Positions 38,264-47,992 of a stretch of 64,000 bases of DNA are shown one piece after another. The stretch spans positions 26 to 64,025 of the forward strand of contig JAYUPC010000139.1 of NCBI GenBank assembly GCA_043760355.1, given 5' to 3'. Numbering within the stretch: position 1 is the first letter of the stretch; each line of letters opens with the position of its first letter. Source of the stretch: Sphingomonadales bacterium. GTDB lineage: Bacteria > Pseudomonadota > Alphaproteobacteria > Sphingomonadales > Sphingomonadaceae. Both the position numbers and the translations under genes were made by a program. A model generated the notes under the pieces. It had not been told where the DNA came from, ran no database searches, and saw nothing but the letters and a program-made list of their open reading frames with translations.

Positions 38264-39524
38264 GGGCCACTTTCTCCATTAATTTGCGGGCGATCACGTC
38301 TTTGGGACTATCCCCCCAATCTTCAACGCCGTCCTTGGTGACGATGTGGAAGGCATTGTTCGCGCCGCCCATGACGTCTCCCGACACATCGTTTGCCACA
38401 ATCCAGTCGCAGCCTTTTTTCGCAAGCTTGGCCTTGGCATATTCAGCAATATTCTCGGTCTCGGCGGCGAAACCGATCAGCAGTTCCGGGCGCAACTTAT
38501 GCTGGGAAAGGCTTGCCAATATGTCAGGATTTTCGGTTAACGTAAGCGGGGCAGGCGCACCTGATTTCTTGACCTTTTGTTCCGGAACTTTTTCCACCCG
38601 CCAATCGGCAACCGCCGCGACCATGATGGCTACATCGGCGGGAAGCGCCTTTTCAACCTCGGCCTGCATCTCGCGCGCACTTTCCACATCGATACGGATA
38701 ACGCCTGCGGGTGTGACCAGATGCACGGGACCAGCGATTAACGTCACCTCTGCGCCGAGTTCGGCCGCCGCCTGCGCAATGGCAAAACCCTGACGGCCCG
38801 AGGAGCGGTTGGCAATATAGCGGACGGGATCGATAGGCTCATGCGTTGGCCCGGCGGTGACAAGGATGTGTTTGCCAAACAAGGGTCGGGGGGCATCTTC
38901 GGCGAAATCGGGTTGTGCCTCTAGCACAGCAGAACTCGGGCGCGTTGTCGGCGCCCTTCCAGCGGTCAACCCCGCATCAAAGGCATGCCCCAGCATCGTA
39001 CAAATCCGCAGCGCCACCACCGGCGGCTCAGGCAAACGTCCGGGGCCAAACTCCCCGCACGCCATGCTGCCTTCATCAGGGTCCATCACGGAGACGCCAT
39101 CAGCGGCCAGCTGTTTCAAATTGCGCTGTGTCGCCGGATGATTCCACATCCGCACGTTCATCGCTGGCACAGCGAGTACAGGCTTATCCGTCGCAAGGAG
39201 TATTGTGGTCGCCAGATCATCGGCAATTCCCGCCGCCATTTTGGCGAGGATATTGGCGGTGGCGGGGCAAATGACGATCAGGTCGGCTTGGCGCGACAAT
39301 TGAATATGTCCGATCTCGCGCTCTTCCTTCAGGTCGAACATATCTCCGTAGACCTGATCCTCAGTCATCACGCCCATCGATAACGGCGTAACAAACTCCG
39401 CCGCGCTGTTGGTCATGACGGCGCGCACGGCAATGCCCTGACGTTTGAGCAGCCGCACAAGTTCAAGCGCCTTATACGCCGCGATGCCGCCAGATACGAT
39501 GAGGAGGATGGATTTTTGGGTCAT
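38247..39524 (-). CDS. coaBC: Phosphopantothenoylcysteine decarboxylase / ligase
   Basis: [47 protein letters not shown]. Confidence 0.96.
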   Translation of the reverse strand: MTQKSILLIVSGGIAAYKALELVRLLKRQGIAVRAVMTNSAAEFVTPLSMGVMTEDQVYGDMFDLKEEREIGHIQLSRQADLIVICPATANILAKMAAGIADDLATTILLATDKPVLAVPAMNVRMWNHPATQRNLKQLAADGVSVMDPDEGSMACGEFGPGRLPEPPVVALRICTMLGHAFDAGLTAGRAPTTRPSSAVLEAQPDFAEDAPRPLFGKHILVTAGPTHEPIDPVRYIANRSSGRQGFAIAQAAAELGAEVTLIAGPVHLVTPAGVIRIDVESAREMQAEVEKALPADVAIMVAAVADWRVEKVPEQKVKKSGAPAPLTLTENPDILASLSQHKLRPELLIGFAAETENIAEYAKAKLAKKGCDWIVANDVSGDVMGGANNAFHIVTKDGVEDWGDSPKDVIARKLMEKVAREFKS

Positions 39525-39821
39525 TCAATATGCGCCGATCAACGTGTCGAGGGCCGTTATGATAGCAAAATGCTCTGAGTCCAGCGTGCTATTACGTTGC
39601 CCTAGGCGCTCGGTCGGTATCGCAAAAATCAGCTGAGTCGACATGATATGGGGCTGGCCATCTATTTCAAAAATTGGATTGAGGCGCGATGCTACCTTTA
39701 CATCAGCTAAAGGCATTAACGGCACGACAACGCGGGTATCAAACTCATCAAGCCAGTCTGATTGGCAATCCAACAAATAGCCTTTGCCACGCGCGCCCTT
39801 ATAAACATCAAAACGCGCCAT
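39525..39821 (-). CDS. ccdB: CcdB family toxin
   Basis: MARFDVY, YLLDCQSDWL, TRVVVPL, RLNPIFEIDG. Confidence 0.88.
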   Translation of the reverse strand: MARFDVYKGARGKGYLLDCQSDWLDEFDTRVVVPLMPLADVKVASRLNPIFEIDGQPHIMSTQLIFAIPTERLGQRNSTLDSEHFAIITALDTLIGAY

Positions 39822-40066
39822 TAGCCTTGGCGATATTCGTCATAGGGCAGGCCATTTTCAGCAGTCCATTTATTCCAACTTTGAATAGCCTCACGATTTT
39901 CGCGTTTCCATTCGTCCTTTTGTGCGTTTCTAACCTGATCGGACAGACCGGTTTGGCACGCTTGCGAAAGGTTGATCCCCAACCGTTTGGCTTCTGCAAC
40001 GAGATCAGAAGGAAGGCTTATGTTGGTTGCTTTTTTGGACGCAGAGAATTTAGATAGCTTATTCAT
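39821..40066 (-). CDS. ccdA: CcdA family antitoxin
   Basis: KKATNISL, AKRLGINLS, WKRENREAIQSWN, GLPYDEYR; TAATG overlap with ccdB. Confidence 0.88.
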   Translation of the reverse strand: MNKLSKFSASKKATNISLPSDLVAEAKRLGINLSQACQTGLSDQVRNAQKDEWKRENREAIQSWNKWTAENGLPYDEYRQG

Positions 40067-40087
40067 GCGTAAGTTATATGCGCATAG
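40064..40087 (-). promoter_or_regulatory. Candidate ccdAB autoregulatory operator
   Basis: Minus strand tATGCGCATataactTACGCATg: a palindrome plus an imperfect copy overlapping the ccdA start. Confidence 0.45.
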
Positions 40088-40097
40088 CCAAATGCAT

Positions 40098-41648
40098 TCA
40101 ACCCCAGAGCCACATTGCCGCAGCACCTGCCAAACCAGCAAGCCCCGCCACCGCGCTGTAACCAATCCAACTTCCGCCCTTGCGCTCCCCCTTATCCCAG
40201 ATTAGCTTCACCGGCGGCAAGGGCGGTGCTTCGGGTGCGCCGCCTTTTTTGGGGAGTTGTTCGTCAAGACGGCGGATCAGGTCGGGGATTAACTTCAGCG
40301 TATCGGCTTGTTTTTTCAATCCATCGGCAATCATCGCCTCTGGACCCAATTCGCCGCGGATCCAGTCGCGTACATAGGGGGCCGCCACATCCCACATATT
40401 GATACCGGGGTTCAGGCTGGTCGCTATCCCCTCCACCATCACCATTGTTTTCTGCAAGAGCAACAGGTGCGGCTGCGTCTGCATGTCGAAATCTCGGGTG
40501 ATCGCAAACAGGCTATCGAGCATTTGGCCAACCGAAAGCTCGCTAACCGGTTTGCCGCGTGTCGGTTCGCCTACTGCCCTAAGCGCGGTCGCAAATTCGT
40601 CAACATTGTGATAGCTTGGTACATATTGCGCCTCAAAATGTATCTCGGCAACGCGCTTGTAATTGCCCGTGGTCAAACCGTAGAGAATTTCTGCGAGCCA
40701 GAAGCGTGCTTGCCGGTTGATGCGGCCCATAATGCCAAAATCAATGGCAACGATAGTGCCGTCGGCCTTCACGAACAAATTGCCCTGGTGCATATCGGCG
40801 TGGAAATAACCTTCGCTAATCGCCTGTCGCAGGAAAGTCAGCACCAGTTTTTCGGCAAGAGCATTCAAATCATGCCCGGCGGCGCGCAAGGCTTCGATAT
40901 TGGCGATCTTGATCCCGTCAACCCAATCCAGTGTCAGCACACGGCCCGATGTCCGGTCCCAATCGATGCTGGGGATTTCATAGCCATCAACCGCAACCAT
41001 TGCATCCCTTAGTTCCGAAGCACTCGCAGCTTCACGCCGCAAATCAAGTTCGCGCAATGTCCAGCGTTTGAGATTGGCGACAACAAGTTGCGGACGAAGC
41101 CGTGCGGCCTCCCCGCCCAAAGCCTCCAGATGTGCAGCGGCCCATTCATAGGTATCGATATCACGCGCAAACTGTTCCCGGATACCGGGGCGCAGGACTT
41201 TGACAGCGACGTCCTTACCTTGCGTCGTTCGCGCCCGGTGGACCTGGGCAATGGACGCGGCACCAACTGCAACCGGATCAATATATTCAAACAGCTCGGC
41301 AGCGGGCTTGTTAAGCGAACCGTCGATTTCGGCGTAAACCTGCTCAAAGGGAGCAGGCGGCAATTGGTCTTGCAACGTCAATAGGTTGAGTGCGGGACCC
41401 GTGCCGATAATATCGGGCCGCGTTGCAAGTGTTTGACCAAGCTTGATCGCGGCAGGGCCAATGGCTTTGAAGGCCCCTGCATAATCGGGTTCTTTGGGTT
41501 GGAGTGTGCCGATGCGCGCTATCCGGCACAAACGCTTTACCTGTGGCGGAGTATTGCGGTCGGCCTCTATCGCCCGCAGCGCACCGTGACGAGCAAGGAT
41601 GCGGCCCCATTTGAGGAGGCGGAACATGTGGGTTGCTGGGCGGGTCAT
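40098..41648 (-). CDS. ubiB: Ubiquinone biosynthesis regulatory kinase UbiB
   Basis: IKLGQTLATRPD, AASIAQVH, VAVKVLRP, YFHADMHQGN, IDFGIMG. Confidence 0.95.
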   Translation of the reverse strand: MTRPATHMFRLLKWGRILARHGALRAIEADRNTPPQVKRLCRIARIGTLQPKEPDYAGAFKAIGPAAIKLGQTLATRPDIIGTGPALNLLTLQDQLPPAPFEQVYAEIDGSLNKPAAELFEYIDPVAVGAASIAQVHRARTTQGKDVAVKVLRPGIREQFARDIDTYEWAAAHLEALGGEAARLRPQLVVANLKRWTLRELDLRREAASASELRDAMVAVDGYEIPSIDWDRTSGRVLTLDWVDGIKIANIEALRAAGHDLNALAEKLVLTFLRQAISEGYFHADMHQGNLFVKADGTIVAIDFGIMGRINRQARFWLAEILYGLTTGNYKRVAEIHFEAQYVPSYHNVDEFATALRAVGEPTRGKPVSELSVGQMLDSLFAITRDFDMQTQPHLLLLQKTMVMVEGIATSLNPGINMWDVAAPYVRDWIRGELGPEAMIADGLKKQADTLKLIPDLIRRLDEQLPKKGGAPEAPPLPPVKLIWDKGERKGGSWIGYSAVAGLAGLAGAAAMWLWG

Positions 41649-41658
41649 GCGGGGGGAA

Positions 41659-42390
41659 TCAAACCTTCCATCCGCTATGGATCGCCACTAGCCCGCCCAT
41701 GATCGGTTCGACTTTTGTTTGCGCAAAACCCGCCTGTGCAATCAGGCCCTTAAACCTCTGCATATCAGGAAAGCGGCGGATCGATTCGATGAGATACCGG
41801 TAGCTGTCCTCATCCCCTGCAATCGCTTTGCCTAATTTGGGTACGATTTTGTGGGAATATACATCATACACGCTCGCTAGCCCCGGCCATTCAAGGGTTG
41901 AAAATTCCAGGCAATAAAACCGCCCGCCATAACGAAGTACCCGGTGTGCTTCTTTTAACGCCTTTGGAATATCGGTGACGTTACGAATCCCGAATGCAAT
42001 TGTGTAGGCATCGAAATGACTGTCTGGAAAGGACAGTGTCTCGGCATTCTGTTCACTCCACACCAAGCTATCGATGCCGCGTTCGACCGCCCGGTCCATG
42101 CCCACGGAGAGCATGTCGGGGTTGATATCTGATACAGTGATATGCGCGCCCGATTTCTCCATCCGAAACGCAATGTCGCCTGTGCCGCCTGCCATATCGA
42201 GTATGTCTTCGTTCGCTTGCGGCTTGACCCGGCGGACGAACTTGTCTTTCCACAGCCGGTGCATGCCGCCCGACATGGCATCGTTCATAATGTCATATTT
42301 ACGCGCGACATGGGAAAACACTTCACCAACGCGTGCGGTCTTTTCAGTGGGGGTTACATCTTCATAACCAAAGGAAACGGTATCAGTCAT
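41659..42390 (-). CDS. ubiE: Ubiquinone/menaquinone C-methyltransferase
   Basis: YDIMNDAMSGGMHRLWK, LDMAGGTGDIA, YTIAFGIRNV, YLIESIRRFP. Confidence 0.95.
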   Translation of the reverse strand: MTDTVSFGYEDVTPTEKTARVGEVFSHVARKYDIMNDAMSGGMHRLWKDKFVRRVKPQANEDILDMAGGTGDIAFRMEKSGAHITVSDINPDMLSVGMDRAVERGIDSLVWSEQNAETLSFPDSHFDAYTIAFGIRNVTDIPKALKEAHRVLRYGGRFYCLEFSTLEWPGLASVYDVYSHKIVPKLGKAIAGDEDSYRYLIESIRRFPDMQRFKGLIAQAGFAQTKVEPIMGGLVAIHSGWKV

Positions 42391-42448
42391 ATTTAGCGCC
42401 TTAGCCAATAGTTGCGCACACCGCAAAGGCTGTTAAATGCAAATAACC

Positions 42449-43261
42449 ATGCCTGAATTACCCGAAGTAGAAACCACCGTCGCTGGCCTGCGTGCTGTGC
42501 TTGACGGCGAGACCATTGCCCGCGCGCAAGCAAACCGGGCTGACCTGCGCTGGCCAATGCCGGTGGACCTTCGTCAGCGGTTAACAGGTGCCGTCGTTAC
42601 GGGGCTATCGCGCCGTGCCAAATATGGCCTCATCCATACCGACCGCGATGATGTGCTTATCTTCCATCTGGGCATGTCGGGACGCTGGATGATTGATCGC
42701 GGCGAAGACGGCAAGCACGATCATTTCGTGATTGAAACCTCGACTGGCCGCTTGGCGGTGCTGAATGACCCACGGCGCTTTGGTTCGCTTGATCTTGTGC
42801 AGGTTGGCGGGCTGGCAAAATATAAGGCGTTTGCCGGTATGGGGCCAGAGCCGCTGGACGATGCGTTTGACGCAAGTACACTGGCGAAAGCGGTTCTGGG
42901 TCGGTCTGCGCCTATTAAGGCAATGCTGCTTAATCAAAATATTGTGGCAGGCCTTGGCAATATTTATGTGTGTGAGGCCCTGCATATGGCCCGGATCAAT
43001 CCGGTAACGCCAGCGGGGCGAATCGGTAAGGCTAAACTCGAACGGCTTGTGGCTGCAATTAAAGCGGTCTTGATCGCCGCGATTGCAGCAGGTGGATCAA
43101 CCTTGCGCGATTTTGCGGCTCCGGACGGCGAGCTTGGCTATTTTGCCAAGGATTGGCTGGTTTATGGCCGTGAAGGGCAGCTTTGCGTTTGCGGTGCATT
43201 GGTGCTTCGTCGTGTAGATTCAGGACGCTCGACCTTTTACTGCGCGAAATGCCAGCGATAA
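42449..43261 (+). CDS. mutM: Formamidopyrimidine-DNA glycosylase
   Basis: MPELPEVET, RRAKY, HLGMSG, GLGNIY, C-terminal zinc finger. Confidence 0.96.
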   Translation: MPELPEVETTVAGLRAVLDGETIARAQANRADLRWPMPVDLRQRLTGAVVTGLSRRAKYGLIHTDRDDVLIFHLGMSGRWMIDRGEDGKHDHFVIETSTGRLAVLNDPRRFGSLDLVQVGGLAKYKAFAGMGPEPLDDAFDASTLAKAVLGRSAPIKAMLLNQNIVAGLGNIYVCEALHMARINPVTPAGRIGKAKLERLVAAIKAVLIAAIAAGGSTLRDFAAPDGELGYFAKDWLVYGREGQLCVCGALVLRRVDSGRSTFYCAKCQR

Positions 43262-43370
43262 ACCTGTATTAGGCGTTGACGAATCTCCAAGGTCTGGCTA
43301 AGGGCGGCTCCTTCCAAGGGTGCGGCAATATTTTTGCGGTCCCCTCGCAATCAGATATTTTGAGGTTATT

Positions 43371-43634
43371 ATGGCAAATACGCCGCAAGCAAAAAAGCGT
43401 ATCCGTCGCAACGCGCGTCGCACAGAGATTAACGGCAACCGGATCAGTCGTATTCGTACTTTTGTAAAGAAGGTCGAATCGGCAATCGAATCGGGCGACA
43501 AGGTAGCAGCAACAGCAGCACTTGTTGCGGTTCAGCCAGAACTCGCACGCGGTGTAACCAAAGGCGTTTTGCACAAAAATACCGCCTCGCGCAAATTCGG
43601 ACGTCTTAACAAGGCTGTAGGTGCGCTAGCCTAA
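43371..43634 (+). CDS. rpsT: 30S ribosomal protein S20
   Basis: [24 protein letters not shown]. Confidence 0.97.
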   Translation: MANTPQAKKRIRRNARRTEINGNRISRIRTFVKKVESAIESGDKVAATAALVAVQPELARGVTKGVLHKNTASRKFGRLNKAVGALA

Positions 43635-43664
43635 GGTACCTGATTTAATGTTACCAAATCTTAC

Positions 43665-43693
43665 AAAACCCGCCCTTCAAACGGCGGGTTTTT
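43665..43693 (+). terminator. Intrinsic terminator after rpsT
   Basis: aaaacccgcc-cttcaaac-ggcgggttttt. Confidence 0.85.
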
Positions 43694-44086
43694 GTTTGTC
43701 CGCAAAAATCCCGGTTGCGTGTTTTGCAAGTCAAGTATTTCCTACGATTCGGCTTGACTGTTAATTCAAATATTAAATAATATTCAAATAAAACAGCATT
43801 TTATAAAATACTTAACGCGAAAGCTACACTTGATCGAGTCAACCGTAAATATTTCAGTTTTTTTACGGTTACCCCTCTTGCTCGACTCAATTTTTTGCAG
43901 TCTATAAGAGTACTTCTAGCAGCGTACGACAAAAATTCGGACAATGCGTCACAAGGAAATGGACAATAATCTATGCTCCGTTCGGCACGAACGGGCGGTG
44001 TGTACGATTGTGTCTGATCTTGCGAAGCAAAAGTAGGGGCTACAGCACCCGACGCAACTGGAAATAGGGGTGATAAGGGGTAGAGC

Positions 44087-45517
44087 GTGAACGGTAATTT
44101 TTCCACGGCGGCACTTGATGTCGGTCAATCAGAAGGTTTGAATAAAGACGCTGGCGTATTACTACGCCTCGAATCCGATTGGCAGGCGATCTCGTCTGGT
44201 CTGCGCCGTGATCTGGGCGCACAAATTTATGGCCAGTGGATTCGCTCGATTACACTTGGCGATTTTTGTGATCTGACGGGTACACTTGAATTGTGCCTGC
44301 CGTCTGAATTTTCTGCCAGTTGGGTTTCGGACCATTATGCTGACCGGTTAAAGCTTGCTTGGGCCGCAACCAATAAATCTGTGCGTCAGTTGAAAATCCG
44401 CACCCGTCCGGGCGCTGCGCGTGTTGAAATGCTGCGCGGGACCGGCGTATCCGAACGTCCTGCCGTCGCCCATATCAACGAAGTCCTTCCGGTCCGTTCA
44501 GCACTTGACCCGCGGATGACTTTTGCCAATTTCGTGCGCGGACAGACCAATGTGCTCGCGCTTAGTGCGGCGGAACGGGTGGCGGCAACTGAAAAGCCCT
44601 TGTTCAACCCGCTCTATCTGCAAGCCGCCACTGGCCAAGGTAAGACCCATTTGATGCATGCGATTGGCCATGCTTATGCAGAGGTTAATCCTGACGCGCA
44701 GATCATTTATTTGTCGGCAGAAAAATTCATGATGGAATTCGTTACCGCCATGCGCCGTAAGGAAGTGATGGAGTTTAAGGCACGGTTGCGCGCTGTCGAT
44801 GTCCTCCTGATCGACGATATCCAGTTCATCATCGGCAAGGTATCGACACAGGAAGAATTCCTGCACACTATCGATGCGATCATTGGCGCGGGCAAGCGGC
44901 TTGTCGTTGCCGCTGACCGCGCACCACAGGCACTTGATGGGGTTGACCAGCGCATCCTGTCACGCCTTTCCATGGGTTTGGTGGCCGATATCCAGCCGGC
45001 CGATCTCGAACTGCGCAGGCTTATTCTAGAACAACGACTGGCGAACATGCCCGAGGCACAAGTCGGCGAAGATGTGATCGAGTTCCTCGCCCGCACGATC
45101 AGCCGCAATGTCCGCGAACTCGAAGGTGGCCTGAACAAATTGCTTGCTTATGCGCAATTGACCGGTCGTCCAATCACCAAGACGCTCGCCGAAGAACAGT
45201 TAAAGGACATCCTTAGCGCGTGTCGCAGGCGTATCACGATTGACGAAATCCAGCGCGCTGTGTGCGAATATTACCGCATCGACCGTAGCGAAATGTCTTC
45301 AAAGCGACGCGCCCGCGCTGTTGTCCGTCCCCGGCAAGTGGCAATGTATCTCGCCAAAGTCATGACACCGCGCAGCTATCCCGAGATTGGCCGGAAATTC
45401 GGTGGCCGCGATCACTCGACCGTGATCCATGCCGTACGTCTTGTGGAAGGATTGCGTGCACAGGATAGCGAAATGGATAATGATGTCCGTGCGCTTTTGC
45501 GCCAGCTGGAAGCTTAG
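44087..45517 (+). CDS. dnaA: Chromosomal replication initiator DnaA
   Basis: FNPLYL, GQGKTHLMHA Walker A, LLIDDIQF, NVRELEG, RPRQVAMYL, FGGRDHSTVIHA. Confidence 0.97.
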   Translation: MNGNFSTAALDVGQSEGLNKDAGVLLRLESDWQAISSGLRRDLGAQIYGQWIRSITLGDFCDLTGTLELCLPSEFSASWVSDHYADRLKLAWAATNKSVRQLKIRTRPGAARVEMLRGTGVSERPAVAHINEVLPVRSALDPRMTFANFVRGQTNVLALSAAERVAATEKPLFNPLYLQAATGQGKTHLMHAIGHAYAEVNPDAQIIYLSAEKFMMEFVTAMRRKEVMEFKARLRAVDVLLIDDIQFIIGKVSTQEEFLHTIDAIIGAGKRLVVAADRAPQALDGVDQRILSRLSMGLVADIQPADLELRRLILEQRLANMPEAQVGEDVIEFLARTISRNVRELEGGLNKLLAYAQLTGRPITKTLAEEQLKDILSACRRRITIDEIQRAVCEYYRIDRSEMSSKRRARAVVRPRQVAMYLAKVMTPRSYPEIGRKFGGRDHSTVIHAVRLVEGLRAQDSEMDNDVRALLRQLEA

Positions 45518-45518
45518 A

Positions 45519-45562
45519 GTGATTTCGAGCCAGATGAAATCATCTCGCGGCTCGGAAATCAC
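45519..45562. terminator. Long hairpin after dnaA
   Basis: gtgatttcgagcc / ggctcggaaatcac outer stem with inner agatg-aaat-catct stem. Confidence 0.55.
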
Positions 45563-45637
45563 GTTAAAAAATAAGTCACTTTCCTAAATCCTGATCCGGG
45601 TTTATGTGATAATCCATAAGGATCGGGAGGTAAGGGC

Positions 45638-46912
45638 ATGACCAAATTCTGCACAGCGTGCGGTGCTGACTTGGTAGAGGGCAGGGGCTATTGTGGTGCA
45701 TGTGGTGCAGCGGTAATCGTTCCACCCTCTCTCCCGGTTGCTACGATGCCTCCGGTCTTTGCACCGCCCGCTATAGATACGCCTTATGTGGCACAGTTTT
45801 CTCCACCTGTTAGGGTAAGCGCCCCAGATACCCAAACAGCCTTCATACCTTCACCCCCGCCGACTGAGCCGGCTTATGCGGCGCCGGAACCTGTTTATTA
45901 TTCAGATGAACCCGTGGTTCCGAAAAATAGCAATAAGCTGATAATTGGTGGCGGCTTGGCGCTTGTTGCTTTTCTGGGAGGTCTCTATTTCTTTCTGTTC
46001 CGTTCGCATAATATGTCGAATGAAGGGGGCACGCCGACTGTCGAGGCAACACCTAAGGCCGTGGTGGCCGCAAAGCAGCTCTTCACCGTTACCCAAGCCA
46101 ATATCCGCGATAAAGCGACCGCAACCGGAAGCAATATAATTGGCAAAATCCCCCGTGGTACAGCGGTTTCGGGCAAGCTTGCGCTTGGCGAGGACGGGGT
46201 GAGTGACTGGCTGGAGCTTGCCGATGGCAAGGGGTTTGTAGGGGCAATCAATCTGTCGGAGACACAGCCGCCGGTGCTTTCCAAGGTTATCGCCGACAAA
46301 ATCTGGCCAACCGATAAAGCAATGGAGATTTGGGCACAGCCCGATAGCACAAGCAGCCTGCTTGACCGCGCAGCTTCTGGCACAGGCCTGACACTCGCCG
46401 GGCTAACTGCCAACAACTATATCGAGATCAAGCTGCGCAAAGGCGGCGTTGGGTATATTGCTGATGGTGCGCGTATCCTTGCCCTGCTTGATGCAAAACC
46501 GATTGCGATGAATTTCAATGCAAACACGTGCGGCTTTGGCGGCGAGGTGCAGCCACTGTTTGAGAAATTAGGGGCTATTGCCAAGGCCGAATATGATGCC
46601 ATCGATAATAATACATCGCTTAGCGATACCGCGCGTGAAAAAGCGCTAGGTGCGATTGAAGGCAAGAGCCATTATCAGGCATTACAGCGTTCATTCAAAG
46701 GCCTTAATGTGACAGGTATTGCCCAGCATTATGAGTCGCAATCGGTTTATTTCGTCGAACCACCGGCCAAAGTGATTGAGGTATTTAGAGGCCTCGGTTT
46801 CAAAATTGGCAAGGACGGCGCGTTTGCTTCACAAGATCTTTATGCCGGGATCAATGCAACCTCCGGGAAAGCCGCTAATTTTGGGAAGAGCGATTTGGGC
46901 TGCGGGGTTTGA
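45638..46912 (+). CDS. Zinc-ribbon membrane protein with two SH3b-like repeats
   Basis: N-terminal CxxC...CxxC, Pro-rich linker, TM LIIGGGLALVAFLGGLYFFLF, two SH3-like segments. Confidence 0.75.
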   Translation: MTKFCTACGADLVEGRGYCGACGAAVIVPPSLPVATMPPVFAPPAIDTPYVAQFSPPVRVSAPDTQTAFIPSPPPTEPAYAAPEPVYYSDEPVVPKNSNKLIIGGGLALVAFLGGLYFFLFRSHNMSNEGGTPTVEATPKAVVAAKQLFTVTQANIRDKATATGSNIIGKIPRGTAVSGKLALGEDGVSDWLELADGKGFVGAINLSETQPPVLSKVIADKIWPTDKAMEIWAQPDSTSSLLDRAASGTGLTLAGLTANNYIEIKLRKGGVGYIADGARILALLDAKPIAMNFNANTCGFGGEVQPLFEKLGAIAKAEYDAIDNNTSLSDTAREKALGAIEGKSHYQALQRSFKGLNVTGIAQHYESQSVYFVEPPAKVIEVFRGLGFKIGKDGAFASQDLYAGINATSGKAANFGKSDLGCGV

Positions 46913-46947
46913 AGCGGAGTTATTAGGCCCTGCCCGTAGCTCTAGTT

Positions 46948-47084
46948 TGTGTCGACATTGCGCTTAGGCTTAGCCGGAAATGTCGATTTTCCGTGACCCG
47001 GAGCGCAGCGTACTCAATGTACGTGAGCGCCAGAAGCATGAGAAATTGGCATTTGCAGGCCAGCATCAGCGCAATGTCGACACA
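46948..47084. mobile_element. Palindromic MITE / RPE-like element
   Basis: Perfect 17-bp terminal inverted repeats tgtgtcgacattgcgct / agcgcaatgtcgacaca; internal gagcgcagcgtac-tcaat-gtacgtgagc core. Confidence 0.8.
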
Positions 47085-47086
47085 GC

Positions 47087-47992
47087 TTAATGCTTGCGCC
47101 CGAAATCCGGTGCGTCATCATCCTGCCCCTGTTCGACAATTGATCGCCTGATGTCACGGGTACGGGTAAACAGCGCCTCCAAATCATCACCTTTATCATA
47201 ACGGATGGCACGTTGCAGGGCCGATAGATCCTCAGAAAAACGCTGGAGCATTTCAAGAACGGCATCTTTGTTAGACAAGAACACATCGCGCCACATTACG
47301 GGGTCGCTTGCGGCAATGCGGGTGAAATCGCGGAAACCGCCAGCGGAATATTTGATAACCTCGCTCTGCGTCACTCCTTCCAGATCATTGGCGGTACCGA
47401 CGATGGTATAGGCGATTAAATGCGGCAAATGGCTGGTGATGGCGAGCACCATGTCGTGATGGCGGGCATCCATAATCTCGACATCTGCGCCAAGTTTCTC
47501 CCAAAAGATTTGCAGGCGCTGTATCTCGATATCCGGTGCGCAATCGGGCGGAGTAAGAATACACCAACGGCCTTTGAACAGGGTGGCAAAACCGGCATCA
47601 GGGCCGCTTTTCTCGGTTCCGGCAACCGGATGTGCGGGGATGATTATGGCGCCCGGAAGGACAGCGGCAAGCGCATCGGCCACGCTTTGTTTGCAGCTAC
47701 CTACATCACTGACGACTGCATCGGCGGGCAGGTCACCCGCAAATTCGGCAGCAACCGCGCCCATCGCGCCCACGGGTACGCACAGGATAACGAGATCGGC
47801 GTCAATAACCGAAGCGCCCGCGGTATCGGTGACATCATCGCAAATACCAAGTTCCACTGCGCGCGTGCAAACGCTAGCATCGGCATCATGGCCGGTAATA
47901 CGGACACCGGGCATATTGGCCCGCACGGCGCGTGCGACCGATGAGCCAATCAGGCCAAGACCGATAATAGTAAGGCGGGTAAAGGGAAGCAT
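47087..47992 (-). CDS. tyrA: Prephenate/arogenate (cyclohexadienyl) dehydrogenase
   Basis: IIGLGLIGSS, DVGSCK, HPVAGTEKSG, SHLPHL, GGFRDFTRIAASDPVMWRD. Confidence 0.92.
   Translation of the reverse strand: MLPFTRLTIIGLGLIGSSVARAVRANMPGVRITGHDADASVCTRAVELGICDDVTDTAGASVIDADLVILCVPVGAMGAVAAEFAGDLPADAVVSDVGSCKQSVADALAAVLPGAIIIPAHPVAGTEKSGPDAGFATLFKGRWCILTPPDCAPDIEIQRLQIFWEKLGADVEIMDARHHDMVLAITSHLPHLIAYTIVGTANDLEGVTQSEVIKYSAGGFRDFTRIAASDPVMWRDVFLSNKDAVLEMLQRFSEDLSALQRAIRYDKGDDLEALFTRTRDIRRSIVEQGQDDDAPDFGRKH

Noticed and set aside
43635-44086. oriC next to dnaA
   Set aside because: No cluster of TTATCCACA-like boxes seen; alphaproteobacterial origins are usually near hemE. GC skew was not computed.
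43801-44106. 101-aa minus-strand ORF upstream of dnaA
   Set aside because: No motif or clear SD and it overlaps the dnaA start; likely spurious.
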